DNA from: an uncultured beta proteobacterium | GTDB taxonomy: Bacteria; Pseudomonadota; Gammaproteobacteria; Burkholderiales; Usitatibacteraceae | Length of the DNA stretch: 64,000 nucleotides | NCBI GenBank assembly: GCA_963849005.1 | Contig: CAWKGC010000021.1 | Span: 2,892 to 66,891, forward strand | Reading direction: 5' to 3' | Part shown: piece after piece, positions 9,249 through 18,653 of the stretch | Numbering within the stretch: the first letter of the stretch is position 1 | How the letters are laid out: every line of letters begins with the position of its first letter | Position numbers and translations under genes: made by a program | Notes under the pieces: generated by a model | Databases searched by the model: none | What the model saw: only the letters and a program-made list of their open reading frames with translations | What the model was told of the DNA's origin: nothing

Positions 9249-10451
9249 ATGAGCAAGCAAGCGCAAGACGCGTACGTCGTCGCCGCCGTGCGGACCCCGG
9301 TAGGCAAGGCCCCGCGCGGGATGTTCCGCAACGTGCGTCCCGACGACATGCTCGCGCACGTGTTGAAGGGCGCGATCGCGCAGGTGCCCGGCCTCGACCC
9401 GCGCGACATCGCCGACGTGATCGTCGGCTGTGCGATGCCGGAAGCGGAGCAGGGCATGAACGTCGCGCGCATCGGCGTGCTGCTGGCGGGATTCCCCGAC
9501 AGCGTGCCGGCGATGACCATCAACCGCTTCTGCTCCTCGGGCGTGCAGGCGATCGCGCTCGCCGCCGACCGCATCCGCACGGGCGATGACGACGTGGTGA
9601 TCGCGGCCGGCACCGAGTCGATGTCGATGGTGCCGATGATGGGCAACAAGATCGCGCTGAACATCGCGGTGTTCGCGCATGACGAGAACATCGGCATCGC
9701 CTACGGCATGGGGATCACCGCCGAGAACGTCGCGAAACAATGGAAGGTGACGCGCGAGGAACAGGACGCCTTTGCCGTCGCGAGCCACCGGAAGGCCGCG
9801 GCCGCGATCGCCTCGGGGCTGTTCGCAAGCGAGATCCTTCCCTACACCGTCCACGCTGCGCGTCCCGACCTGGCGCGGGGAACGATCGCGGAGAGCGAAC
9901 GCGTGGCGAGGAACGACGAAGGCCCCCGCCCCGAGACCACGATCGAGGCGCTGGCCAAGCTGCGCGCGGTGTTCGCCGCGCGCGGTTCGGTGACCGCCGG
10001 CAACAGCTCGCAGATGTCGGATGGCGCGGGCGCGGTGATCCTGATGAGCGAGAGCGCCATGAAGCGGTACGGCCTCGCGCCGCTGGCGCGCTTCGTCTCC
10101 TTTGCCGTGGCCGGCGTGCCGCCCGGGATCATGGGCATCGGGCCGATCAAGGCTATCCCGAAGGTTCTCAAGCAGGCCGGCATCAGGCAGCAGGACCTCG
10201 ACTGGATCGAATTGAACGAGGCTTTTGCAGCGCAGGCGCTCGCCGTCATCAAGGACCTCGGCCTCGACCCCGCGAAAGTGAACCCGCAGGGCGGGGCGAT
10301 CGCTCTCGGGCACCCGCTCGGTGCCACCGGCACGGTCCGCGCGGCGACGCTGCTGCACGGCATGCGCCGCAACAAGCAGAAGTACGGGATGGTGACGATG
10401 TGCATCGGCACGGGCATGGGCGCGGCCGGCATATTCGAAGCCTTGGCCTGA
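9249..10451 (+). CDS. acetyl-CoA C-acyltransferase (3-ketoacyl-CoA thiolase)
   Basis: In-frame ATG at 9249 (MSKQAQDAYVVAAVRTPVGKA). Contains NRFCSSGVQAI (active-site Cys), GHPLGATG and MCIGTGMGAAGIFE. Confidence 0.92.
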   Translation: MSKQAQDAYVVAAVRTPVGKAPRGMFRNVRPDDMLAHVLKGAIAQVPGLDPRDIADVIVGCAMPEAEQGMNVARIGVLLAGFPDSVPAMTINRFCSSGVQAIALAADRIRTGDDDVVIAAGTESMSMVPMMGNKIALNIAVFAHDENIGIAYGMGITAENVAKQWKVTREEQDAFAVASHRKAAAAIASGLFASEILPYTVHAARPDLARGTIAESERVARNDEGPRPETTIEALAKLRAVFAARGSVTAGNSSQMSDGAGAVILMSESAMKRYGLAPLARFVSFAVAGVPPGIMGIGPIKAIPKVLKQAGIRQQDLDWIELNEAFAAQALAVIKDLGLDPAKVNPQGGAIALGHPLGATGTVRAATLLHGMRRNKQKYGMVTMCIGTGMGAAGIFEALA

Positions 10452-10530
10452 ACTGCAGGCGGCCTGGAAGGCGCGCACGGTTTTCGCTGCAGCGCAGCAT
10501 GAAAACCACCGCGTTTCTCCTCTTGTCTTG

Positions 10531-10559
10531 TTGCATTTCCGAGTCAAAGTCGCAACAAT
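10531..10559 (+). promoter_or_regulatory. candidate sigma70-type promoter upstream of the DUF1302 operon
   Basis: TTGCAT (10531-10536), 17-nt spacer, AACAAT (10554-10559), within the only clearly AT-richer intergenic stretch (10452..10637). Pattern match only. Confidence 0.3.
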
Positions 10560-10637
10560 GGTCTCCGGCATCGCCGTCAGGCGAAAAGTATAAAAATTCC
10601 AGCTGCTTACAAACACAAACTCAGGAGTGGGCCACTC

Positions 10638-12584
10638 ATGATCTCGCGCGGAAAATCATTCTCCTTGATGCTCAAGTCGCTCGCGTTCGTCGCGCTGTGC
10701 GGCCTGGGCGGCACTGCCCAGGCGATCCAGTTCAACTGGGAAGACATGATCACGGGCTCTGTCGACACGACGCTCTCCTACGGCGTCGCGGTTCGTGCCA
10801 GCAAGCGCGACATCAACCTGGTCGGCATCGCCAACGGCGGCAATTCGCGTTCGGTGAACGATGACGACGGCAACCTCAACTACAACAACGGCGAGTTGTA
10901 CTCGAACCTCGTCAAGGCTTCGATGGACATCGAGGCCAAGTGGAAGAACTGGGGCATTTTCCTGCGCGGCTACGGGTTCTACGACTTCGTCAACGCAAGG
11001 GACGGCAAGCTCGGTCCCGAAGGCACCAAGGACATCGGCAGGAACTGGGTCGGCCTCGACGGATTCATCAGCGCCTCCTTCGAGCCGATGGACAAGAACC
11101 TGCGCCTGCGCTTCGGCCGCCAGAACATCAGCTGGGGCGAAAGCCTCTTCATCGCAGGCGGCATCAACGTCATCAGCCCGGTCGACGTCGCCAAGCTGCG
11201 CGTCCCGGGCACGGAGTTGAAGGAAGCCCTGCTCGTGACGACGGCCCTGTGGGGCAGCCAGGAGCTCACCGCGGGCGTCTCGGTCGAGGGTTTCTACCTC
11301 ACGAATTTCAACAAGAACAAGATCGACCCGCGCGGCTCGTATTTCTCCAGCAACGACATCATTTCCGACGACGGCAACCAGGCGATCATCAGCTTCGGCC
11401 GCCGCCAGGACCAGCACTTCCCGCTGTCCAACCCGATTCCCCCGACAACCCCGGGTGTCGGCGCCATCGCTGCCGCGTTGTACGGGCCGTTCAATCCGGC
11501 CGCCTCGATCTACCTGCAGCGCACGAGCGACCAGGACCCGAGCGATAGCGGCCAGTACGGCGTGGCGTTCCGCTACCTCGCCAAGGAATTGGACAACACC
11601 GAGTTCGGCTTCTACTTCTTGAACTACCACAGCAGGAGCCCGTTCATCAGCGGCGTCCGCGGCCGAGGCGTCGGGGGAACCCCGGCGACTTCGATTCTCA
11701 CTTGCGGGTCCGCCCCGCCCGCCAGCTGCCCGCTCAACGCCGTCAACAACGGCACGGCGACGTACAACTCGGTCTTTCCGGAAGACATCAGGCTCTACGG
11801 CATCAGCTTCAATACCCCGGGACCGTACGGCATCGCCTTCCAGGGCGAGTATTCGTATCGCCCGAACCTGCCCGTCCAGTATGCGTCGGCGGACGTGATC
11901 ATGGCGGCCCTCGGCCTGCCCAACCTGCTTACGGGCTACACGCAGGTTCCGGGTGCGCCCACCGGCACGACGGCGGCCGCGCTGGTGCCGGCCGGCACGG
12001 TCATCAAAGGCTACCAAAGCCTGAAGTCGAGCCAGTTCCAGATGGCGGGCACGAAGTCTTTCCCGAACGTCCTGAGCGCGGAGAATCTCGTGCTGCTGGG
12101 CGAGGTCGGCATGAACTATTTCCACGGCCTGCCTACCGACGTGAAGTTCAACGGGCCGGGAGCCGGCCTTCCGACCACGACTTTCGGGGCGGTGGTTGTA
12201 GGGATCGGCCCCGGTTCGGTCCAGACCAACGGGTTCGTCACCAATTTCTCCTGGGGCTACCGGCTGGCAGGGCGGCTCGAGTACGCCAACGCGCTTTTCA
12301 GCGGCAACATCGCGCCGCGCGTGGCCTGGGCACAGGACGTGACCGGCGTCGGGCCCAACTTCAACCAGGGCGTGAAGTCGTATACGCTCGGAGTGACCTG
12401 GGACTACCAGCGGAAATGGTTGGTGGACCTCCAGTACAGCGGCTTCTACGGCGGCCGCACTTATTGCGGCATCGACACGCCTGCCGCGGCCGTCCCCGCG
12501 GGCCAGTCGGCAAGCTATTGCACCGACGCCAACCCGCTCAAGGACCGCGATTTCTATTCGGTCAGCGTGAGCTACTCGTTCTGA
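10638..12584 (+). CDS. DUF1302-family outer-membrane protein
   Basis: 648 aa. Signal peptide ...LCGLGGTAQA. N-terminal ...FNWEDMITGSVDTTLSYGVAVR... and C-terminal aromatic ...YSVSVSYSF* are typical of a beta-barrel OMP. Family recalled from memory. Confidence 0.75.
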   Translation: MISRGKSFSLMLKSLAFVALCGLGGTAQAIQFNWEDMITGSVDTTLSYGVAVRASKRDINLVGIANGGNSRSVNDDDGNLNYNNGELYSNLVKASMDIEAKWKNWGIFLRGYGFYDFVNARDGKLGPEGTKDIGRNWVGLDGFISASFEPMDKNLRLRFGRQNISWGESLFIAGGINVISPVDVAKLRVPGTELKEALLVTTALWGSQELTAGVSVEGFYLTNFNKNKIDPRGSYFSSNDIISDDGNQAIISFGRRQDQHFPLSNPIPPTTPGVGAIAAALYGPFNPAASIYLQRTSDQDPSDSGQYGVAFRYLAKELDNTEFGFYFLNYHSRSPFISGVRGRGVGGTPATSILTCGSAPPASCPLNAVNNGTATYNSVFPEDIRLYGISFNTPGPYGIAFQGEYSYRPNLPVQYASADVIMAALGLPNLLTGYTQVPGAPTGTTAAALVPAGTVIKGYQSLKSSQFQMAGTKSFPNVLSAENLVLLGEVGMNYFHGLPTDVKFNGPGAGLPTTTFGAVVVGIGPGSVQTNGFVTNFSWGYRLAGRLEYANALFSGNIAPRVAWAQDVTGVGPNFNQGVKSYTLGVTWDYQRKWLVDLQYSGFYGGRTYCGIDTPAAAVPAGQSASYCTDANPLKDRDFYSVSVSYSF

Positions 12585-12661
12585 TGCCTTCCGCGGGGCG
12601 CCTTGCCGGCGCCCCGTCCCGATTCGCGCAGTCAACTACAAAGTCATTTAGGAGGAAGTCC

Positions 12662-14032
12662 ATGTTCAACGTGAATCTCCAGCGCTCGGCCCTTGCGGTG
12701 GCGGCACTGCTTGCCGCGGCGCCCGCGCTCGCCGAAATGAGCGCAGCGGACCTTGCCAAGCTCGGCACCACACTCACCCCACTCGGCGCGGAAAAGGCGG
12801 GCAATGCCGCCGGCACGATCCCGGCGTGGGATGGCGGCATCATGAAGGTCCCGTCAAACGTCACCTTCACGCCCCCCGGCCACTATCCCAACCCGTTCCC
12901 GGACGACAAGCCGCTCTTCACCATCACCGGCGCGGACATGGACAAGCACAAGGACAAGCTCACGCCCGGGCAGATGGCGATGCTGAAGAAGTACCCGGGC
13001 TACAAGATGGTCGTGTACCAGACGCGCCGCACGGCCGCTTTCCCGCAATGCCATTACGCCGAGACCAAGGAATGCGCGGCGAAGTCGAAGCTTGCCCCCG
13101 GCGGCAACGGCGTGATCGGCTGCACCGGCGGCATCCCGTTCCCGATCCCGAAGGACGGCACCGAAGCGATCTGGAATGCACTGCTGCGCTACAAGGGCGA
13201 CACGTTCGCGCAGAACTGGGCGCAGGCGGCCCTTACCGCCAGCGGCGACTATGCGCTGGTGAAGTTCGAGTACGAGTACGACATGCAGTACGGCAACTGT
13301 CCCAAGCCGAATTCCGAGCGCGAGCCCAACAAGGCGCTGTTCTTCCTGCAAACCACGACCGCGCCGGCCCGCCTCGCCGGGCAGATCCTGCTGGTGCATG
13401 AGCCCGTGGACCAGGTCAAGGAGCCGCGTTCGGCCTGGACCTACAACCCCGGACAGCGCCGTGTTCGCCTGGCGCCCAACGTCGCCTACGACAACCCGGG
13501 CACGGCGGCCGACGGCCTGCGCACCAACGACGACTTCGGCCTGTTCAGCGGCGCCACCGACCGCTATGACTGGAAACTGGTCGGGAAGAAGGAGATGTAC
13601 GTCCCGTACAACTCCTACCGCCTGACGGACACGAAGCTCAAGTACGCGGACCTCCTGAAGCCCGGTCACCTGAACCAGGACCTCGCCCGCTATGAGTTGC
13701 ACCGCGTCTGGGTGGTCGATGCGACCTTGAAGGCCGGCACCAGCCACATCTACGCCAGGCGGGTGTTCTATATCGACGAGGACAGCTGGGCGATTGTCGC
13801 GACCGACAAGTACGACGGCCGCGGCGACCTCTGGCGTTTCGCGGAGTTCCATAACGAGAACTGGTACAACGTCCCGATGTGGTTCGGCACCGTGGAAGTC
13901 CACAACGACCTGCAGTCGGGCCGGTACATCGCGATGGGGCTGAGGAACGAGGAAACCATCATCTACAAGCCGATCAAGCGCACGGCAGCGGACTACACGC
14001 CGGCGAACCTGAGGGGCGTCGGCACGCGCTGA
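12662..14032 (+). CDS. DUF1329-family (LolA-like, 'outer membrane lipoprotein-sorting') periplasmic protein
   Basis: ATG 12662 preceded by AGGAGG. Signal peptide MFNVNLQRSALAVAALLAAAPALA. ...LTPLGAEKAGNAAGTIPAWDGG... is the usual DUF1329 N-terminus. The upstream part of ORF 11702..14032 is read-through overlapping the previous gene. Confidence 0.75.
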   Translation: MFNVNLQRSALAVAALLAAAPALAEMSAADLAKLGTTLTPLGAEKAGNAAGTIPAWDGGIMKVPSNVTFTPPGHYPNPFPDDKPLFTITGADMDKHKDKLTPGQMAMLKKYPGYKMVVYQTRRTAAFPQCHYAETKECAAKSKLAPGGNGVIGCTGGIPFPIPKDGTEAIWNALLRYKGDTFAQNWAQAALTASGDYALVKFEYEYDMQYGNCPKPNSEREPNKALFFLQTTTAPARLAGQILLVHEPVDQVKEPRSAWTYNPGQRRVRLAPNVAYDNPGTAADGLRTNDDFGLFSGATDRYDWKLVGKKEMYVPYNSYRLTDTKLKYADLLKPGHLNQDLARYELHRVWVVDATLKAGTSHIYARRVFYIDEDSWAIVATDKYDGRGDLWRFAEFHNENWYNVPMWFGTVEVHNDLQSGRYIAMGLRNEETIIYKPIKRTAADYTPANLRGVGTR

Positions 14033-14139
14033 ACGCCCGGGAACCGGCCACTGGGGACATCGCCCGCGATTCTTGCGCAGCCTTGTCCCCAGTTGTTTCT
14101 TCAGCTGCCGACAGAAGCAGCGCACACCATGGAGAATGC

Positions 14140-15105
14140 ATGAATCGTCATTTGCCACCGGCGCTGCTGCTTGCCGCCGCGCTCGGCTTCCAGGCACCGC
14201 AAGCGTTAGCGGACAATGCGCTGGTGACTGAGGGGCCCCTTTCCGCGCAGACCATGCAGCGGCTGCTGCTGATCGACGCGGCGCGTGCCGGTGACCGCAT
14301 CGTCGCGGTCGGCGACCACGGGTCGATCGTGTACTCCAACGACAACGGCAAGTCCTGGTCGCGCGCCAAGACCCCTGCGGCGCCCTTGCTTACCGCGATC
14401 GATTTCGCCGATGCGAAGAAGGGCTGGGCAGTCGGCCACGATTCGGTGATCCTCGCGACCACCGATGGTGGCATGACCTGGACGCAGCAGTTCTCCGCCC
14501 CGAAGGAACAGAGGCCGCTTCTCGACGTGGTGTTCCTCAATGCCGAGACCGGCTTCGCGGTCGGCGCCTACGGTGCCTTCTACGAAACCACGGACGGCGG
14601 CAAGACCTGGACGGCCCGCAAGATCCAGGAAGAAGACAAGCACCTCAACGCGATCCTCAAGACCGGCGATGGCCAACTGCTCGTCCTGGGCGAGGCCGGG
14701 GCAATCCTGCTATCGGCGGATGCGGGAAAGACCTGGGCGCCGGTCGCTTCGCCCTACAAGGGATCGCTGTTCGGCGCAGTGGTGGCCAAGGACGGCGCCG
14801 TGGTGGCCTTCGGGATGCGCGGCCGCATCTTCCGTTCGGCCGACGCCGGCAAGACCTGGAAGGCGATCGACAACGCCGCCACGACCGCGCTCATGGGCGG
14901 CACGGCGCTTGCCGACGGCACGCTGCTGCTCGCCGGCGGCTCGGGCGTGTTGCTGGTGTCCGCCGACAACGGCCAGACCTTCGCGCCCGTGCCTTCGGGC
15001 AGCATCAAGGCGTTCTCGAAGCCGATCGGGGGAGCGCCCGGCGCGCTGCTGCTGTTGGGCGAAACGGGGGCCGCCGGCATGCCCCTGCCCGTGGCCGGGA
15101 AATAG
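14140..15105 (+). CDS. BNR/Asp-box repeat beta-propeller protein (Ycf48-like)
   Basis: Signal peptide MNRHLPPALLLAAALGFQAPQALA. Six S-x-D-x-G-x-[ST]-[WF] boxes: SNDNGKSW, TTDGGMTW, TTDGGKTW, SADAGKTW (x2), SADNGQTF. Confidence 0.85.
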   Translation: MNRHLPPALLLAAALGFQAPQALADNALVTEGPLSAQTMQRLLLIDAARAGDRIVAVGDHGSIVYSNDNGKSWSRAKTPAAPLLTAIDFADAKKGWAVGHDSVILATTDGGMTWTQQFSAPKEQRPLLDVVFLNAETGFAVGAYGAFYETTDGGKTWTARKIQEEDKHLNAILKTGDGQLLVLGEAGAILLSADAGKTWAPVASPYKGSLFGAVVAKDGAVVAFGMRGRIFRSADAGKTWKAIDNAATTALMGGTALADGTLLLAGGSGVLLVSADNGQTFAPVPSGSIKAFSKPIGGAPGALLLLGETGAAGMPLPVAGK

Positions 15106-15114
15106 GTCCCGCAC

Positions 15115-17445
15115 ATGAACCTGAAATCCCTGATCCAGCACGTTTCGAACTTCGTCTTCGGCAACCGCAAGGTGCTGCTGGTCGTCTTTTCCGCGCTGAC
15201 GGTGCTTTTCGTCGCCTCCGCCACCCGGCTCGGCGTGGACGCCGGCTTCACCAAGATGATCCCGCTCACGCACCCGTACATGAAGGTGTACCGCGACTAC
15301 GAAAGGGTCTTCGGCGGCGCCAATCGCGTGGCCATCGCGCTGGTGCAGAAGGACGGCGACATCTACAACAAGGAGTTCATGGCCAAGCTGAAGGGCCTCA
15401 CCGACGACGTGTTCCTGCTGAACGGCGTTGACCGCCCGACGGTGAAGTCGCTGTTCACGTCCAATACCCGGTTCATCGAGGTGATCGAGGAAGGGTTTGC
15501 CGGCGGAAACGTGATCCCGGCCACTTTCCAGGGAACGGACGAGGACCTGAAGACGGTGCGCGGAAACGTGCAGAAGTCGAGCGAGATCGGCCGGACCGTG
15601 GCCAACGATTTCTCGGGCGCCCTCGTGTTCGCCGGTCTGCTCGAGGTGGATCCGCAGACCAAGCAGAAGCTCAACGTGTTCGAAGTCGCCTCGGGGCTGG
15701 AGGCGCTGCGCGCCAAGTACCAAAGCGACAAGCACCGGGTGCACATCATCGGCTTTGCCAAGGCGGTGGGCGACATTCGCGATGGCGCGCGCGGCGTCGT
15801 CATGTTCTTCGCCATCGCCTTCGTGATCACGCTGGCGCTCATGCTCTATTTCGTGAAGGACGTGAAGCTGACGCTCGTGGCGCTCACCGTGGCGATGATG
15901 CCGGTGCTGTGGCTGCTCGGCACGCTTCCGCTGATCGGCTTCGGCATCGACCCGCTGTCGATCCTGGTTCCCTACCTGATCTTTTCCATCGGCGTTTCGC
16001 ACGCGGTGCAGATGACCAAGGCCTGGGAGCACGAGGTCCTCGACGGCGCGGACAGCCTCACGGCGGCGAAGAACTCGTTCGCCAAGATCTTCATTCCCGG
16101 CACGCTGGCGCTCCTGACGAACGTGCTCGGCTTCGCCGTGATCATGCTGATCCCGATCGACATCGTGCGCGAACTCGGCATCACGGCGTCCCTCGGCGTG
16201 GCGTGGATGATCGTCACCAACAAGATGCTGCTGCCGATCCTGCTGTCCTACCTCACGCTTTCGCCGCGCGCGATCGGCGGGCAGGCCAGGCAGGAAGACC
16301 GCGCCGACAGGCTCTGGCGCCTGTGCTCGGGTTGCGTGCAGCGGAAAAAGGCGACGGCGATCGTCGCCGTGTCCCTGGTGGTCCTGGTCGTCGGCCTCTT
16401 CGGCGCGCACCAGCTGAAGGTCGGCGACTACGGCATCGGCGTACCGGAGCTGCGTCCCGAATCCCGCTACAACCAGGACAACGCGAGGATCATCGAGAAG
16501 TTCGCCATCGGCGTGAACACGCTTGGCGTCGTGGCGCAGACCAAGGACGTGCAAGGCGCGTGCACCAACTACGACATCATGGCGGTCATCGAGAATTTCG
16601 ACTGGTACATGCAGAACGTGGCGGGAACGCAGTCGGTGATCTCGTTGCCGGCGCTGGCAAAGGTCGTCAACGCCGGATTCAACGAGGGCAACCTGAAGTG
16701 GCGCCAGTTGCCGCGCGATGCGCAGGTGCTGGCCCAGAGCGTGACCCCGATCGATACCGCCACGGGGCTGCTCAACCCGGACTGCAGCGCGATGCAGATC
16801 CTCGTCAATACCACCGACCAGCAGGGCGACACCATCGCGGGGCTGGTGCGCGCGGTGAAGGAATTCGGCGAAAAGAACAACAGCGACAAGCTGCAGTTCA
16901 AGCTCGCCACCGGCAACATGGGCGTGGCCGCTGCCACCAACGAGGCAGTCGACAAGGCGAGATACGAAATGCATGCCGCGATCTTCGGCGCGCTGTTCCT
17001 GATGTGCATGGTCACCTTCACCTCGGTGCGCGCGACGCTGTGCATCCTGATCCCGCTGGCGATCGTTTCCATCCTGTGCGAAGCGCTGATGCCGGCCCTC
17101 GGCATCGGGCTCAAGGTCTCGACGCTGCCGGTGATCGCATTGGGTGTGGGCGTCGGCGTGGACTACGGCATCTACCTCTTCGACCGCCTCGAGATCCACC
17201 TTGCTGAGGGCATGGCGCTGGAAGGGGCCATATTCGAGGCCCTCAAGGAGCGCGGCACGGCGATGGTGTTCACCGCCGTCACCATGACCATCGGCGTCGG
17301 CACGTGGGCGTTCTCCGCGCTCAAGTTCCAGGCCGACATGGGCATCCTGCTCGCGTTCATGTTCTTCCTGAACATGCTGGGCGCGATATTCCTGCTGCCC
17401 GCGCTTGCCTCATTCATTTTGAAGCCGCACAAGAAGACGGCATGA
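15115..17445 (+). CDS. RND-superfamily (MMPL/HpnN-like) inner-membrane transporter
   Basis: 776 aa with two repeats of a TM bundle plus a large loop. Starts 9 nt after the BNR gene. Confidence 0.8.
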   Translation: MNLKSLIQHVSNFVFGNRKVLLVVFSALTVLFVASATRLGVDAGFTKMIPLTHPYMKVYRDYERVFGGANRVAIALVQKDGDIYNKEFMAKLKGLTDDVFLLNGVDRPTVKSLFTSNTRFIEVIEEGFAGGNVIPATFQGTDEDLKTVRGNVQKSSEIGRTVANDFSGALVFAGLLEVDPQTKQKLNVFEVASGLEALRAKYQSDKHRVHIIGFAKAVGDIRDGARGVVMFFAIAFVITLALMLYFVKDVKLTLVALTVAMMPVLWLLGTLPLIGFGIDPLSILVPYLIFSIGVSHAVQMTKAWEHEVLDGADSLTAAKNSFAKIFIPGTLALLTNVLGFAVIMLIPIDIVRELGITASLGVAWMIVTNKMLLPILLSYLTLSPRAIGGQARQEDRADRLWRLCSGCVQRKKATAIVAVSLVVLVVGLFGAHQLKVGDYGIGVPELRPESRYNQDNARIIEKFAIGVNTLGVVAQTKDVQGACTNYDIMAVIENFDWYMQNVAGTQSVISLPALAKVVNAGFNEGNLKWRQLPRDAQVLAQSVTPIDTATGLLNPDCSAMQILVNTTDQQGDTIAGLVRAVKEFGEKNNSDKLQFKLATGNMGVAAATNEAVDKARYEMHAAIFGALFLMCMVTFTSVRATLCILIPLAIVSILCEALMPALGIGLKVSTLPVIALGVGVGVDYGIYLFDRLEIHLAEGMALEGAIFEALKERGTAMVFTAVTMTIGVGTWAFSALKFQADMGILLAFMFFLNMLGAIFLLPALASFILKPHKKTA

Positions 17446-17465
17446 TGCAATGATGGAGGAGGAGC

Positions 17466-17494
17466 AAGGGCGCCTGCGGGCGCCCTTTTTTTTC
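17466..17494 (+). terminator. rho-independent terminator after the RND gene
   Basis: AAGGGCGCC-TGCG-GGCGCCCTT stem-loop followed by a T run (gggcgcccttttttttcg). Confidence 0.8.
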
Positions 17495-17650
17495 GATCTC
17501 TGCAGGCGATCGCTCCGTTCTCCTGTCCTTCGCTTCGGCGCGGGATGGTGGAGGCCACTCGGGCGGTTGTTTCGGCAAGCGCTCCCGGCCGGCGACAGTG
17601 ATGGTGCACGAGGTCCTGAGCGCCCCATGGGCAAGGCCGCAGGCGGCAGG

Positions 17651-18635
17651 TCAATTCGTGGCGTCGGGCAATGCAGCGCGCCTGCCCGCTTCGTCCAGCC
17701 GGGCGCAGAACATGACCAACGATGCGGCGTCGGCGAACGAAGCGACGGCAACCGCATTCGGCGCGCGCGTCCCGTTCACCTGGGGAAACTTCGCGAGAAA
17801 ACGGCGCGCGCAGGCCTCCCAACGTGCATCGAAGCGGCCCTCCGAATCGTGCCGCAGGACGATCTCCGAGGAGACCCCGACCCGCATGCCGGCAAGATGG
17901 GCGCGGTAGGTGAAGTCGAGGTCGTACAAGTGGAATCCGTCGAATGTCGCGGCATCGAAGCCGATCGCTTCCACCGTCCCGCGGGTCGCGGCGATGAAGA
18001 CGCCATCGATCGCTTCAAGGCCCGTGGTCACGCCGGTGGCGAGGTTGCACAGGACGAGATCCAGTCCCGCGCCGCTTCGGGAAGGCTGGACGATTCGACC
18101 GCGCGCGTGTTCCGTGCCGCCCCACGCGTGTGCCGGGCCGAGAAGCTTCGTGCGTTCCGACGACCCCGACGACATCCGCGGAGGCGAAGGCGCGGCCGAG
18201 CGCGCCGCCCAGGTCGCCCGAGAGTACGTCGATGTCGTCATGGCTGAAGACAATCGTTTCGCCCCGGGCGCCTGCCAGCCCGCGCGCGTAGCCTTCAGCG
18301 AGCGAACGGGCATCGTGAATGCCGATCAATTCCCACGGCGCATCGCCGAAGGCCCTCGCGTAGGAAGCGCGGACACGGTCGAACTTGCGGGAGTCGATGC
18401 TGCACGTCACGACCGACACGAGGCCGAGGAGGCGGCCGGGCGGCTGCGGCGGCGCGGGCGAGGCGAACGCAGCGGGATGGTCCTGCAGCAGGCGGCAGAG
18501 CAGGCGTTGCGCGTTCACTTCGTCGCGGCGGGCGACGATCGCCCGGCACAAGGAGACAATCGCGCCCTCGACATCGCCGCGCCGCAGGCGTTCGTGGGCC
18601 AGGGCCCACAGGCGATCAAACTCCGCTGCGGTCAT
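17651..18635 (-). pseudogene. glycosyltransferase-like protein with a helical N-terminal region; one frameshift near 18150
   Basis: ORF 18015..18635 (...VSVVTCSIDSRKF...IVFSHDDIDVL...VVGVVGT) continues in ORF 17651..18313 (...DGVFIAATRGTVEAIGFDAATFDGFHLYDLDF...). This is one protein split across two frames. Confidence 0.55.
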
Positions 18636-18653
18636 TTGCGGGGCGCTTCGATG

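Noticed and set aside
11702-12661. The N-terminal 320 aa of the 776-aa ORF 11702..14032, which would make a giant DUF1329 fusion overlapping DUF1302.
   Set aside because: The upstream translation is Arg/Pro/Gly filler. A good AGGAGG-ATG start with a signal peptide occurs at 12662, and the region is already occupied by DUF1302 in another frame.
14710-17199. Very long antisense ORFs: 829 aa opposite the RND gene, 659 aa at 10656..12635 opposite DUF1302, 571 aa at 4654..6369 opposite the acyl-CoA ligase, 461 aa at 9231..10616, 642 aa at 31934..33862, and 439 aa at 7882..9201.
   Set aside because: Their translations are Arg/Gly/Asp/His/Ala-rich with no recognisable motifs, whereas the opposite strand encodes clearly conserved proteins. 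Long stop-free antisense frames are expected in GC-rich DNA with GC-biased third positions.
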